A DNA stretch of 64,000 nt, taken from contig NIVC01000029.1 of NCBI GenBank assembly GCA_002269645.1, positions 868,001 to 932,000 of the forward strand. The letters run 5' to 3'. Position 1 is the first letter of the stretch, and every line of letters starts with the position of its first letter. Below are positions 26,620 to 41,139 of this stretch, piece after piece. The notes below the pieces were generated by a model. That model did no database searches. It was not told where the DNA came from and saw only the letters and a program-made list of their open reading frames with translations. The position numbers were made by a program, and so were the translations under genes. This stretch comes from Macrostomum lignano (taxonomy: Eukaryota).

Positions 26620-27265
26620 ATTGAGATACAGAGTTGAGACTTTACATGTAGACAGAGAATGAGTCAATAAAGAATTGTGTAAAGTTTGAAGTCAATCGCT
26701 TTACGTGGAGCAAACTTATGGCAGCTGAAAGTTAGTCAATTTTGAAACCCTTTTACACATCTGGGCCCAGATCGGGAAAGAGAGGCAGGCGGGCGGAGGT
26801 TGGGGTGGTTGCTACGCTGAAAAAAACAGCCTAACTTTAAAAGTGCACAGCACCGCTCAGGATTAACTTTGAGACTCAAAATTTTAGATGATTGTGCCAA
26901 AATAGTTTAAGATTATCTGTGTCAAATTTGAAGAGAATCGGTAGAAGTGGAGCGGCGCTATGGAGGATTAAGTGAAAAAATCGCGCATTTTGAGCAGTTT
27001 TTTGTACTTTTAGGTAGGAAGACTTGAGTCTAGGAAATTTAAAGGTAGCCTAAGACATTCTCCGTAGTAAGTTTAGGGTGGGTGTAAAGTTTGGTGTAAT
27101 TTGGTTGAGCGGTTTGGGAGTCCATAGCGATCAAAATTGTCCACACACACACACACACACACACACAGAGTTTTGGTTTTTATATGTAGAAGAAGGGATG
27201 AGGGAGGTGGCATTTGGGCGCAGCGGCCATAGACTATTGCACGAGCGTATGTCACTTTGCTATTT
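26620..27265. mobile_element. Possible DINE-1/HINE (Helentron-associated)-like non-autonomous repeat
   Basis: Recurrent gtgtaaagtttg..aatc(g/t)g / aaatttgaagagaatcgg motifs, an internal (CA)n and a ttttatatgtaga segment resemble such elements. The family call is pattern recall only. Confidence 0.35.
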
Positions 27266-27474
27266 CTCTGTGTGTCTGAAAACTTTCAATGGAATTTATT
27301 TGATTTCTTGGCATACATCTTTGCTTCCTGTTAGCGAGTAGGAAGTAAGAATGAAGGTATAGAAATGTCACTGCCTCAGCCTCTACCAATATTGCGAAAA
27401 TATTGAAATCAACAGAAATATAAAATTTCTTTATATTTGATAAAACATAAAGTCGTAAGACATTTTTTGGGTAG

Positions 27475-27720
27475 GTAGATAGATAGATAGGTAGGTAGGT
27501 AGATAGATAGATAAATAGATAGGTAGGTAGGTAAATAGATAGGTAGGTAGACAGGTACTCGTAGGTAGGTATATAGATCGGTAGTTAGGTGGATAGGTAG
27601 ATAGGTAGATAGGTAGTCAGGTAGGTAGATATGTAGATAGGTAAGTGGATAAGTAGGTGGGTAGGTAGGTATGTAGGTAGGTAGATAGGTAGGTAGCAGT
27701 TAGGTACGAGTTAGGGTAGG
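27475..27720. repeat. Degenerate (GGTA/GATA)n
   Basis: Direct reading. Confidence 0.85.
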
Positions 27721-28145
27721 TTGGTAGGAGATCAGACAAAGTAGGCAACGAACCTTCTTGGTGCGCCTCATCCCTAATGCCGGGATGGTGTGGAGACTCT
27801 GCATTGGTGAGAAAATCCAGCTAGGAGATTATCAGTCATGAGAAGGCAAATCCAGAACCTTTCCGGTCTCCCGAATCCCCTCCCTTAAGCCAACTGTTCC
27901 TTGAAAATGCGACGAAAGATCATCCATTTTCATCTGTCAAAAGCGGAGCAGGAGAAGAGAAGTCAGGCAGCGTGGCCAAGGGGACACCCAGAGAGATACG
28001 CTAGTAGAAGGCTGTCATTTAAATCGATCACCCCGGCAACCAAACCTCAAACCACCCCCAATGCCAGTCGCTAGAGTGAGGAAGATGAGGCTAAGGATTT
28101 AGGGTGGGAGGAAGAGAAAGGGCGGAGTCGAGCCTGACTGGAGGG

Positions 28146-29425
28146 TAGGGGTGTTCGGGGTTCGGGGTCGGGTCGGGTTTCGGGTCGGGTTTTGGTACCG
28201 GGTTCGGGGTTCGGGGTAGGTGTTCCGGGTCGGGTTCGGGTTCGGGTAGGGGTACCGGGTTCGGGGTTCGGGTCGGGTTTGGCCACCGGGTTTTCGGGGT
28301 TTTCGGGGTTTTGAACAATTATCATTCTCAAGAATATTTTCAAGCACTTTTTACTCCTTATGCAAAATCCACAATACGAAAGATATGCATTGAGTTTCAG
28401 GTACAACTTAAGTTATATTTTACATACAATTTGAAACGGAAATAGCAGATAGAACCATGGATTCATTTACACTTTCTGGTAAATAACGATTGTAGTTTTT
28501 CGACCCATTCAGTCTTGCAGTTGATGATTTAAAAATTACGTTCAGTAATAATTTTGCATGTGCTACGTGTAACATGGTCTGAACTTCTGGATTGGATGAG
28601 GAAGCTTAAAATGTATAAATACACTATTATTCTCCACGCATCAGTCGCCAATCAATTATCACAATGATTACCTACTCATATCAGCATACAATTTTATGTA
28701 AAGACGTCACTTTAGTTTTTACATAGCAATTCTGTTATACCACTACTGACTTACTGTTAACTGTAGTCAAAAGTAAAAATAAATAAATATTTGTGATTAA
28801 GTCTCCTGTTTCATTGTATCATTGTTTTATCTGTGCTATCTCTATCGCTCTAGTTCTATCTCTACTGATATCTACACTACAGGGTATAATCTAATTTTAT
28901 TGTACTCTATTTTTGCAGCTTAAATAAGCTCATAGATGTAATATTACTATGAAAGCAATTTCGTTGTAAGTATAGGTACGAAATGGTCCTGATTTTAGTT
29001 GTGAACTTTCATGTATCTTACTATTAGATCTTGGGTCTTGGTAGCTCGTATTCCTTCCATCTCAATCCCAATCCCATTGCAAGAAGTGTTTCATATTTCT
29101 TTTCCTAGTTGTAGAGTAGCTAAGGGAAATAAAACCACAAGGCTAAGTGGTTGAAGCTGTTAAGGCACATCTCAATATATAAAACTGAATTTAAAACTGA
29201 AATTCAAAACTAAAAACTGAAAAATTGAAAACTGAAAACTGAATTTATTAAAATGATTGACCAAAATAAGCGTGAAAATGTTCGGGGTCGGGTCGGGTTT
29301 TGGTACCGGGTTCGGGGTTCGGGGTTGGAAGAAATGTTCGGGACGGGGTTCGGGGTTCGGGGTAGGGGTACCGGGTTCGGGGTAAACCCCGAACCCCGAA
29401 AAAATGGCCGACCCGAACACCCCTA
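28146..29425. mobile_element. Non-autonomous hAT (Ds-like) element, 1280 bp
   Basis: Perfect 14-bp TIRs TAGGGGTGTTCGGG / CCCGAACACCCCTA. Exact 8-bp TSD CTGGAGGG (28138-28145, 29426-29433). Subterminal CGGGT/GGGTTCGG arrays and an AT-rich core with no transposase ORF. Confidence 0.94.
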
Positions 29426-29834
29426 CTGGAGGGAAGCCGCACGAGCGAACGAGCCGGGGCAGACGCTGGGCCATGGCGGGTGGTTACCATGGCTTATTAA
29501 AGAAAATCAATTTTATATCTCCGTCGACTGCTTGCTCAGTAGTAGCGGCAGCAGGCAGTTAGTCAGTCAGCCAGACCGTTGCAAGTCAAGTATAAAATTG
29601 CAAGTCAAGTATAAAATGAAGTCTTGCCGATCAATCTTTCGACTTTAAATTTTTAGTTATATAGATTAAAGTAAACAAATGATAATGGGGGAGGCGGTGG
29701 GTTGCTTGGTAATTGAGTAATGAGTACAGTTTAGAAAATAAATATATCAAATGGGGCAGGTCTGATAAGAAGAGAGAGCTTGAGTAAGAGATAATGGGAG
29801 GGAGGGAGTGAGAGTGAAGTAGATGAGAACAATG

Positions 29835-30570
<736 letters not shown>

Positions 30571-31584
30571 ATGCCAGAGAAGTACGATAGCAGAGTGAGC
30601 TTGTGAAGCATTGACTTGAGCAGGGGACATTGTTCCCCTGCACCTGAGCTGCGCCCCACCCACTAAAGAAAGAAGTCGCCCTCAAGCAACAGCTGTCCCA
30701 AGCAACTGTAAAAGTTGGTAACCGGATCTCCTGCATCCCCCCCTGCTCAGCCAGTTGCATTCCAAGTTCTCAAGGTCATAAATACCTAGTCAAGCCTGTT
30801 TTTTTCTAGTAACCTTTTTCTGACTCAAATTTTTCTTGCCAAAGCTTTTAAAATTGCTTTTGAGGCCGCTGAGCTTCACTTCTAGGAGTAAACAGCGCAA
30901 CCCAGCAATGCAGACATGCAGCTACTCCTTTTCTATCATTCCTCAAAGCAGACTCAAAGCTGTTTTTCTTTTAACCCGTAGCTTTGTGTCTCTATGCAAC
31001 CTGTCATGCACGGTATATAAGGGGTCGAAAATGAAATTAATACCTGAGACTGAAAATGGCTTGTGAATTATAAATTAATTGAGAGTAGATAATAAGAAGG
31101 AGTGAGAAATAGAAGAAAGGTAGAGAGAGATAGAGGGTGAGAAGTACATATAAGAAAGTAGAGAGAAGAAGTGAAACTATTGGAGAAAACAGACCTCTCC
31201 GAAGCCCTAATGCAGAGAAAAAGAAGTAAAATTAATTATTCGCAGGTAAGTTCTCAGCTTCAAGCAGTTCTCGATAATTATTTACTTTTACCTTCCCTTC
31301 CATTCCTGTGTTGGCCTTCAGTTAACAGTACCATTTGGGTTTATTTATAATGCATACCTTTGAAGTTGATGTAGATCAAATACGGACACTGATCCGCTTG
31401 GTTCTTCGAGCTGTTGCTAGGAGCTTGGAGGAAATTCTGTGACTGAAAAATTTCTTGCTGCAAATTTAGCTGCGGAATGGAGTCAACAGCTGACCCACAA
31501 TAAATCTTACTCGTTCCAGGGCTGAAATTTCAGGTTACACAGATTGCATCAGATAGGACTTTCCTACATCCTAGCGGAATTGCA

Positions 31585-32110
31585 CGGGAGTCACGTGACC
31601 TCCCTTAGTCCTTTTGTAATTTAGCGGAGGTCATGTGACCACCTGAAATTCTTTTAAAGTCAAACCTAGGTCACCGGATCACTCTGAATCCTCTCGAGAT
31701 AAAAAACGGTCACATGACCTCCCCTGGCACTATCAAGACCAAATAGGGGTCATGTGACCTCCCTAAAACTATCGAAATCAAGCAGGATCATATTACCACC
31801 CGAATTATCTTTCGAATAACAATAAAGGTTATGTTACCTCTAAAATTTTCAATTGGCATCCTGCAGGGATCACGTGCCCACCTAAAATATATAATTAACA
31901 GTGATCACGTGACCTGTTTGAATCTTATTGATAGTAAACAGGAGTCACGTGACCACCCAAAAATACATAATCAACAGTGATCACGTGACCTGTTTGAATC
32001 TTATTGATAGTAAACAAGAGTCACGTGACCACCCAAAAAACCACAATCAACAGTGGTCACGTGACATCCTTGAATGCTATTGACAGTAAACAGGGGTCAC
32101 TTGACCAACC
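31585..32110. repeat. Degenerate ~35-41-bp tandem array with a conserved palindromic GTCACGTGAC core (14 units)
   Basis: Cores at 31590, 31630, 31670, 31709, 31749, 31787, 31828, 31869, 31904, 31944, 31980, 32020, 32056 and 32096. Confidence 0.85.
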
Positions 32111-32719
32111 TAGACCCCCTGAAAGACACGCACTTCCAGTCTCATATGAGAACTTTCTGTGCACAGAATCAGAGCAGTCCAGTGAGGCCCAGCTTACATG
32201 CAGCCAACGGAAAATGTCCCTCACTCACACCAGTGTCCCTGACCCTCAGCCACCGGCCTTCCTGCCCTCCCCCACCACCCCCTGAGTGTTCGCCGTCCGC
32301 ACAGCAGCAGCTGCAGTGGGGGGAGGCAGAGCGGAGCGGCAGCTTCAAGTGGGGCGGCAACTCCGGCACCCCCCAGCCCAGGCTCGCTGGGTTTCCACTG
32401 AGGGCGTCAACCCGGACAGGCAGATGTGCGCAATATTCTCCCAGGCTGTCTCTCCTCGCCCCGGCAGAATTCCCAGCAACTGGAAGCCGGCCCCGAAGCC
32501 AGAACAGATTCCAAGTGGCGGAGAAGAGAAATAGCGGGGTTGCGCACAGGCCATGGCTGGTAATTATACCGCTGCAGCTGGCGAAGTCTGTGCCAAAGTG
32601 TAACCCAACCCTTGGGCCTGCCTGTGGCCCACTAACTGGCGCACTCACGTTGCTGGGGCTGCAGAAGTCACCGGTAAATATTGGGACAATGAAACAGTAC
32701 TTGAATACGGAGTCTGCAG

Positions 32720-33564
<845 letters not shown>

Positions 33565-34159
33565 TTTCAGACAGAGGATTTTCCTAGAAAAAGGGGAATT
33601 ACGAGTAAAATCTGAGCGGCTTAAAAGGTACTTATTTATTGATGAGTTACCTTCTGTTGGCAGAAGGTCCTGAGACTCTAAAATATTTGTAACCCTTATT
33701 TAGTCATCCTTTTGCTGCTAATTGCTGCTTTTTGTTGATGCGAAACAACTTGATCTCCTCCTCGCCTTATCATGGCGCTACTCCGGGTTCAAATTAATGT
33801 GGCGCCTTCTGGTTTATTTTTGGCGATCTCGCGTTTTTTTACTCCCTATTAGTTGCAGTTTTGTACTCGTATATGCACTCTTAGCTCCGCTTTCTCGCGT
33901 TTTCCTAAATAGTTTAGTCATAGTTGGATTCATATTTCTGAATTGATTAATGACTTTTTCTCGCTTCATTACACCCTGTGCCAATTTTTTGCTTGACTAA
34001 GATTTACTAAGCATGAATTCCATTGAATTGATCAATAATGCCCATTTTTGATTGACACTAGCAGTGCTTAAATACTTTAACTTGCTTAGAAATAATTTTA
34101 GTCAGACAGGCCATTACTTAGTTAGAATTTAAACGCTTCTTTAAAAGAAAAGGGGGGGC

Positions 34160-34495
34160 AAACGTGTGAAGGGTTAGCGATTTAGGGGTGGCGGGCGTAC
34201 CCTTATCTGCCTCTCGCTGTGGGGGTGGGGGCACGCATGTGAGGGGTTTGTGGTTTGGGGTGGCGGGCGTACCCTTATCTGCCTCACTCTGTGGGGGTGG
34301 GGGGCAAGCGTGTAAGAGGTTTGCCGTTTGGGGTGGCGGGCGCACCCTTATCTGCCTCTCGCTGTGGGGGTGGGGGGCACGCATGTGAGGGGTTTGCCGT
34401 TTGGGGTGGCGGGAGTGCCCTATCTGCTTCTCGCTGCAGGGCCAAACGTGTGAGGGGTTTGTGGTTCGGGGTGGCGGGCGTGCCTTTGCCCGCCT
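34160..34495. repeat. ~72-bp G-rich tandem repeat x~5
   Basis: ggggtggcgggcg anchor at 34185, 34257, 34330, 34403 and 34468. Confidence 0.9.
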
Positions 34496-35398
34496 CCTTT
34501 AGATACTAGCTTAAATCAAATTAATCTTAATGCATCGCACTTAGAATTCCGCCATATGTAAATGAGTACATTTCTTACAGTGCGATCGACGGAAAGAGTC
34601 CACTCATATTTTTTTTATTTTGATTGCTGAAGATGGCCTATATATACGAGTAGTATGCAAAAATGAATAATGAGAAGCGGCGTTTCTCTGTGCTTCGTCG
34701 AGATTTCGAAGCGTGGGTTTGGGGCATTACGGTACTGCGGGTCGGTCTGATGGAGAAAGCGAGCGAGCGAGTGGAGCGTAGGATGAAGTGAAGAGTCACA
34801 CAGAGGGGAGAGAGCGGTGGCAGCAGGACGGCAGCTCCGCTTGAGTGGGCACTTTAGTCGAGTCCCCGACCAGGCCTGAATAAAGCACCGAAGCACCCCC
34901 TCTCCCACGCGGATGCGAATATCTCGAGGGAGCTTGTACATGTAAGCTACGGTGGCTTTACCTCCACTTATCCAACTGAAACTACGAGCTAACTCAGTCT
35001 TCTTGCCCGGCTTATTGCCCCGAAAAAAGGGGGTAGAGGATTTATTCCGGCTCGGCCATTCTCCCTCTCGCCTCTCCCTTCTAATCCGGTAGCCTCTAAG
35101 CCCCGAGTTTCACGGCCTCCCCTACACGCACATACATGCTGTATGGCCTCTCAATGAATTGCGAAGCTCGTCCTGATCTTCGTGCAGCACCTTTCTTCTG
35201 CGCTTATATATACCTGCGTTATAAGTATATAGACTCCTGTTTTGATGGTCACGCAAGCCAGAGAGTCAAATTTTTCTTGGCCTTGAAGCTTCCGCAGCTT
35301 TCTGCAAATAATTTTATCAGCACGAAATAAAAAACAAGATTTTATTTTTTATTATTTTATTTCTGATCCACTTTATAATAACTCAAAGTGCAGTGCAG

Positions 35399-35665
35399 AC
35401 CAGGCTAATGGGATCTCTAATTAGCGATTAACACCAGGCTAATGGGATCTCTAATTAGCGATTAACACCAGGCTAATGGGATCTCTAATTAGCGATTAAC
35501 ACCAGGCTAATGGGATCTCTAATTAGCGATTAACACCAGGCTAATAGGATCTCTAATTAGCGATTAACACCAGGCTAATTGGATCTCTAATTAGCGATTA
35601 ACACCAGGCTAATGGGATCTCTAATTAGGGATTAACACCAGGCTAATGGATCTCTAATTAGGGAC
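35399..35665. repeat. 34-bp tandem repeat (accaggctaatgggatctctaattagcgattaac) x~8
   Basis: Direct reading. Confidence 0.95.
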
Positions 35666-36114
35666 TAATACCTGGGTGATGATATTTCTAAATAATAACG
35701 AGAAACTGCGGTCACTAACCGCAACCAATTTTGCTTAACTAGTAATTTTGACGACGAATATGCCAAACGGATTGAATTAGTGACCCTAAAATTATTAACT
35801 TTGTAGAGTTTTACATTTTTAGTCACGTTGAACATTGAAACCTACAGCTACTGGTTAATTCCATTAGCATCTTAGCCTGGCTACCTCGGCCAAGCGCAAA
35901 TTAGTGCTATGGCGTGAAGTTTACAGCCCAATGCATTAGGGAAGTGGGGGGGGGGTGAGGAGAGAGAGGCGCTCAATCTGCGATATTGGAACTGGCAGAT
36001 GCGATGACCTCGCGGTTCTCCCGCGCATTCTTTCTGTCTTGTTGTGCGTAGAATCCGCCCGAACTCTGTCCGCTCCGGTTTAATATTTGTACTGGGGACT
36101 TGGCCGGCTCATAA

Positions 36115-36152
36115 TATGTCTGTCTGTCCGTCTTAGTGTCTCTCTATCTTAG

Positions 36153-36201
<49 letters not shown>

Positions 36202-36268
36202 TAGTGTCTCTCTATCTTAGTGTCTGTCTGTGTGTCTGTGTGTCTGTCTTAGTGTCTCTCTATCTTAG

Positions 36269-36329
<61 letters not shown>

Positions 36330-36348
36330 TAGTGTCTATCTATCTTAG

Positions 36349-36404
<56 letters not shown>

Positions 36405-36428
36405 CGCCTTAGTGTCTCTCTATCTTAG

Positions 36429-36465
<37 letters not shown>

Positions 36466-36537
36466 TAGTGTCTCTCTATCTTAGTGTCTGTCTGTCTGTC
36501 TGTCTGCCTGTCCGTCTTAGTGTCTCTCTATCTTAGT

Positions 36538-36569
<32 letters not shown>

Positions 36570-36644
36570 TAGTGTCTCTCTATCTTAGTGTCTGTCTGTC
36601 TGTCTATCTGTCTGTCTGTCCGTCTTAGTGTCTATCTATCTTAG

Positions 36645-36701
<57 letters not shown>

Positions 36702-36768
36702 TAGTGTCTCTCTATCTTAGTGTCTGTCTGTCTGTCTGTCTGTCCGTCTTAGTGTCTCTCTATCTTAG

Positions 36769-36813
<45 letters not shown>

Positions 36814-37000
36814 TAGTGTCTCTCTATCTTAGTGTCTGTCTGTCTGTCTGTCTGTCCGTCTTAGTGTCTGTCTGTCTTAGTGTCTGTCCGTCTGTCTGTC
36901 TGTCTTAGTGTCTGTCTGTCTGTCTGTCTGTCTGTCTTAGTGTCTGTCTGTCTGTCTGTCTATCTGTCTTAGTGTCTGTCTGTCTGTCTGTCTGTCTTAG

Positions 37001-37037
<37 letters not shown>

Positions 37038-37045
37038 GCCTGTCT
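36115..37045. repeat. Composite (GTCT)n with interspersed gtcttagtgtctctctatcttagt modules
   Basis: Direct reading. Confidence 0.93.
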
Positions 37046-37822
37046 CTGTTTCAGTCTGGAGGCTTGGCAAGAACATAAGAGCGGAAAGGGCACAAAAATG
37101 CAAATATATAAATTGGACAAAACTACAGATTAAACCAAGACCCATGGATACAAAGACTCCAAGTCACAACAGCAGAAAGTCAGACATACTGAAGAGTACA
37201 TGTCGACACCTTGACAGATCCCACAGATCTCATAGTCAAAATACGCATAAACATCTCTGTATATTGTCAGGCGCAATATCCCAGCTACTCAAGCCACTTT
37301 CAGCTCTGGTACCGCCGGTACAGCTCTCTCAACCCGGAAATTAATGCCCCCCCCCTGTAGGAGAGATCCCCCTCGAGGATTTGATGGCTTCCTTAATTTT
37401 GGATTAAAAATTGGACAGGGGGTGGAGAGAAGCGAAGAGGTGGCAAAGAATGAATTTCGACTCGATTGCCGAGCTGGCTGATGAGGGACTGCAGATAGCC
37501 CCAGACTCTTACTACTCCGTGTTGTCCCCATGGGATCGAGGCTGGAAGAACTTCTGCAGCTCAAGCTGAGTGCTTATAGTGCCATAAGAGTCTGGATGGC
37601 TCGCTCTCGGTAATTGTCACTTTTTATGCCGAACGAGGGTGAACAATGTCAAAAGCTGAGTCTCGAGAGACTAGAGCAGTCAAATTGGCTTCAAATGGTT
37701 CCGCTCAGCAACTAATTCTTTATTCCCTATATTGCTCATTCATAATTTTTTTTCAATCTATTCTTGATGAAGCCTGACATGCAACAAATTAAACATTTTT
37801 GTGCCACTCGAAAGGCACACGG

Positions 37823-38230
37823 TTTTGGCACTCCAGTGACATTGCCACTTTTGGCACTCCAAGGACATTGTCACTTTTGGCACTCCAAGGACATTGTCAC
37901 TTTTGGCACTCCAGTGACATTGTCACTTTTGGCACTCCAGTGACATTGTCACTTTTGGCACTCCAGGGACATTGTCACTTTTGACATTCCAGGGACATTG
38001 TCACTTTTGGCACTCCAGGGACATTGTCACTTTTGGCACTCCAGGGACATTTTTACTTTTAGCACTCCAGGGACATTGTCACATTTGGCACTCCAGGGAC
38101 ATTGTCACTTTTGGCACTCCAGGGACAATGCCACTATTGGGACTTCAGATAAATGCTTTGTCATTTCGGCCGTGCAATATCTTTTCTGGCACTCCAGAGA
38201 CATTGTTTCTTCTAGTACTCCAGGAACATT
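37823..38230. repeat. 26-bp minisatellite (ttttggcactccagggacattgtcac)
   Basis: About 12-14 copies, decaying to the right. Confidence 0.92.
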
Positions 38231-38732
38231 GTCAGCTCTAGTACTCTGAGAAATTATAACTTTTAGCACTGCCTTATGCTCTGGGCTCAAAACCTGCACT
38301 AGAAGAAAGGTGAACAAAGGTGATGAATATTGGGAATACCAAAAAGCTGCCGTTGTAATGCACACTCACGAACTATCCCTTGGCAACTGAGAACACCCAA
38401 CCCTATTGGCATACAAAGTAGAAGATGAAAATGATGTAAATTTTTTCCCATTTTTTGTCAACCAAAGTCGACATGGATATGCGGGGTCGAGCATCGGTTC
38501 AAAAACACTGGTTTGAAGACGGACAGAATTTTTATGAGGCTTACTTTTGAGCATACGTGCATAGTCAAAGCCTTTGATCACCGGGGGCTGGGGATCGGTT
38601 TCGGACTCATGAGCTTGAATTCACTCATTCCCTGCTAGCTTTGAGGAATATTGCTGTTTAATAATTTCTCTGGCACTGCGACTGTATCTAGGCAGGCCTG
38701 AACTTCTTGCTCTGCTCTCTTCTTTACTATGT

Positions 38733-40625
38733 TCTCTCCTCTCCTCTCCTCTCCTCTCCTCCCCTCTCCTCTCCTCCCCTCTCCTCTCCTCCCCTCTCCT
38801 CTTCTCCCCTCTCCTCTTCTCTCCTCTCCTCTCCTCCCCTCTCCTCTCCTCCCCTCTCCTCTCCTCTCCTCCCCTCTCCTCTCCTCTCCTCTCCTCTCCT
38901 CCCCTCTCCTCTCCTCCCCTCTGCTCTCCTCCCCTCTCCTCTCCTCCCCTCTCCTCTCCTCCCCTCTGCTCTCCTCCCCTCTCCTCTCCTCCCCTCTCCT
39001 CTCCTCCCCTCTCCTCTCCTCCCCTCTGCTCTCCTCCCCTCTCCTCTCCTCTCCTCTCCTCTCCTCTCCTCTCCTCTCCTCTCCTCCCCTCTCCTCTCCT
39101 CCCCTCTCCTCTCCTCTCCTCTCCTCTCCTCTCCTCTCCTCTCCTCCCCTCTCCTCTCCTCTCCTCTCCTCTCCTCCCCTCTCCTCTCCTCCCCTCTGCT
39201 CTCCTCCCCTCTCCTCTCCTCCCCTCTCCTCTCCTCCCCTCTCCTCTCCTCCCCTCTCCTCTCCTCCCCTCTCCTCTCCTCTCCTCCCCTCCCTCTCCTC
39301 CCCTCTCCTCTCCTCCCCTCTGCTCTCCTCCCCTCTCCTCTCCTCCCCTCTCCTCTCCTCTCCTCTCCTCTCCTCTCCTCTCCTCTCCTCTCCTCTCCTC
39401 TCCTCCCCTCTCCTCTCCTCTCCTCTCCTCTCCTCCCCTCTCCTCTCCTCTCCTCTCCTCTCCTCCCCTCTCCTCTCCTCCCCTCTTCTCCCCTCTCCTC
39501 TCCTCTCCTCTCCTCTCCTCTCCTCTCCTCTCCTCTCCTCTCCTCTCCTCCCCTCTCCTCTCCTCTCCTCCCCTCTCCTCTCCTCCCCTCTCCTCTCCTC
39601 CCCTCTGCTCTCCTCCCCTCTCCTCTCCTCCCCTCTCCTCTCCTCTCCTCTCCTCTCCTCTCCTCTCCTCTCCTCTCCTCTCCTCTCCTCCCCTCTCCTC
39701 TCCTCCCCTCTCCTCTCCTCTCCTCTCCTCCCCTCTCCTCTCCTCTCCTCTCCTCTCCTCTCCTCTCCTCTCCTCTCCTCTCCTCTCCTCCCCTCTCCTC
39801 TCCTCCCCTCTCCTCTCCTCCCCTCTCCTCTCCTCTCCTCTCCTCTCCTCCCCTCTCCTCTCCTCTCCTCCCCTCTCCTCTCCTCCCCTCTCCTCTCCTC
39901 TCCTCTCCTCTCCTCTCCTCTCCTCCCCTCTCCTCTCCTCTCCTCCCCTCTCCTCTCCTCTCCTCTCCTCTCCTCTCCTCTCCTCCCCTCTCCTCTCCTC
40001 TCCTCTCCTCTCCTCTCCTCCCCTCTCCTCTCCTCTCCTCTCCTCTCCTCCCCTCTCCTCTCCTCCCCTCTTCTCCCCTCTCCTCTCCTCTCCTCTCCTC
40101 TCCTCTCCTCTCCTCCCCTCTCCTCTCCTCTCCTCCCCTCTCCTCTCCTCTCCTCTCCTCTCCTCTCCTCTCCTCTCCTCTCCTCTCCTCCCCTCTCCTC
40201 TCCTCTCCTCCCCTCTCCTCTCCTCTCCTCTCCTCTCCTCTCCTCTCCTCCCTCTCCTCTCCTCTCCTCTCCTCTCCTCTCCTCTCCTCCCCTCTCCTCT
40301 CCTCTCCTCTCCTCTCCTCTCCTCCCCTCTCCTCTCCTCTCCTCTCCTCTCCTCCCCTCTCCTCTCCTCCCCTCTTCTCCCCTCTCCTCTCCTCTCCTCT
40401 CTCTCCTCTCCTCTCCTCTCCTCTCCTCTCCTCTCCTCTCCTCTCCTCTCCTCTCCTCTCCTCCCCTCTCCTCTCCTCCCCTCTCCTCTCCTCTCCTCTC
40501 CTCTCCTCCCTCTCCTCTCCTCTCCTCCCCTCTCCTCTCCTCCCCTCTCCTCTCCTCCCCTCTCCTCTCCTCTCCTCTCCTCCCCTCTCTTCTCCAGTCC
40601 TCTCCTCTCCTCCTCTTCTCTTCTC
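38733..40625. repeat. (CTCCT/CTCCC)n pentamer satellite, ~1.9 kb pure pyrimidine strand
   Basis: Direct reading. Source of the spurious ERRGE/SSPLL ORFs. Confidence 0.98.
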
Positions 40626-41139
40626 TCTCTCCTGTCTCCAGCCTCTCACTCTGTTTGTGTATCAGGGTTTTTTCACCTGAAACCGACACTAAAATGGATA
40701 AAAAATACCCCAAAACCAGTGCGCCAATTAGCAATTAACGAAAACCTAAGAAAATCAATTGTCACACTTTCAACCTTCAGGATGGCTACTATTAACAGAG
40801 AAGTATCGAAGCTTAAAAAGCTTGTTATTGCAGAAGAGGGTAAAATGAGAAAGACTCTTACATGCCCCTGAAGCTCGTTGTTTGTGTCTGTCTGTTTGAG
40901 AGTGCTCAAAATAAATACTCTTGTACCATCGTATATACACTAATATGCATTCTATGAGAATAATTATTTCCTAAGCTGCAATAAAACCTCAAAGCGCGTG
41001 TTGCATGAAGCATAAGGAATTGTGGGATTCCTGCAATGACTGGCGTAGAGACAAAGGGAAATCAACGATTGAACGATTCGTTCGGTTTGCTCCTACATGT
41101 GAACCGTTTATTGGCTAAAACCTTCGTAGTGACATTGTA

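Noticed and set aside
31585-32110. CRISPR-like look (palindromic core plus variable spacers)
   Set aside because: Eukaryotic context, no cas genes, a core of only ~10-16 bp, and spacers related to each other.
32286-32534. IFSQAV..GRIPSNWK resembles a LINE RT N-terminal segment
   Set aside because: Too short, and no further RT motifs were found nearby.
38290-38560. Protein-like frame EKVNKGDEYWEYQKAAVV.. with an internal stop
   Set aside because: No recognisable family and interrupted by stops.
38635-40738. 640-699-aa ERRGE / SSPLL ORFs
   Set aside because: Artefacts of the pentamer satellite.
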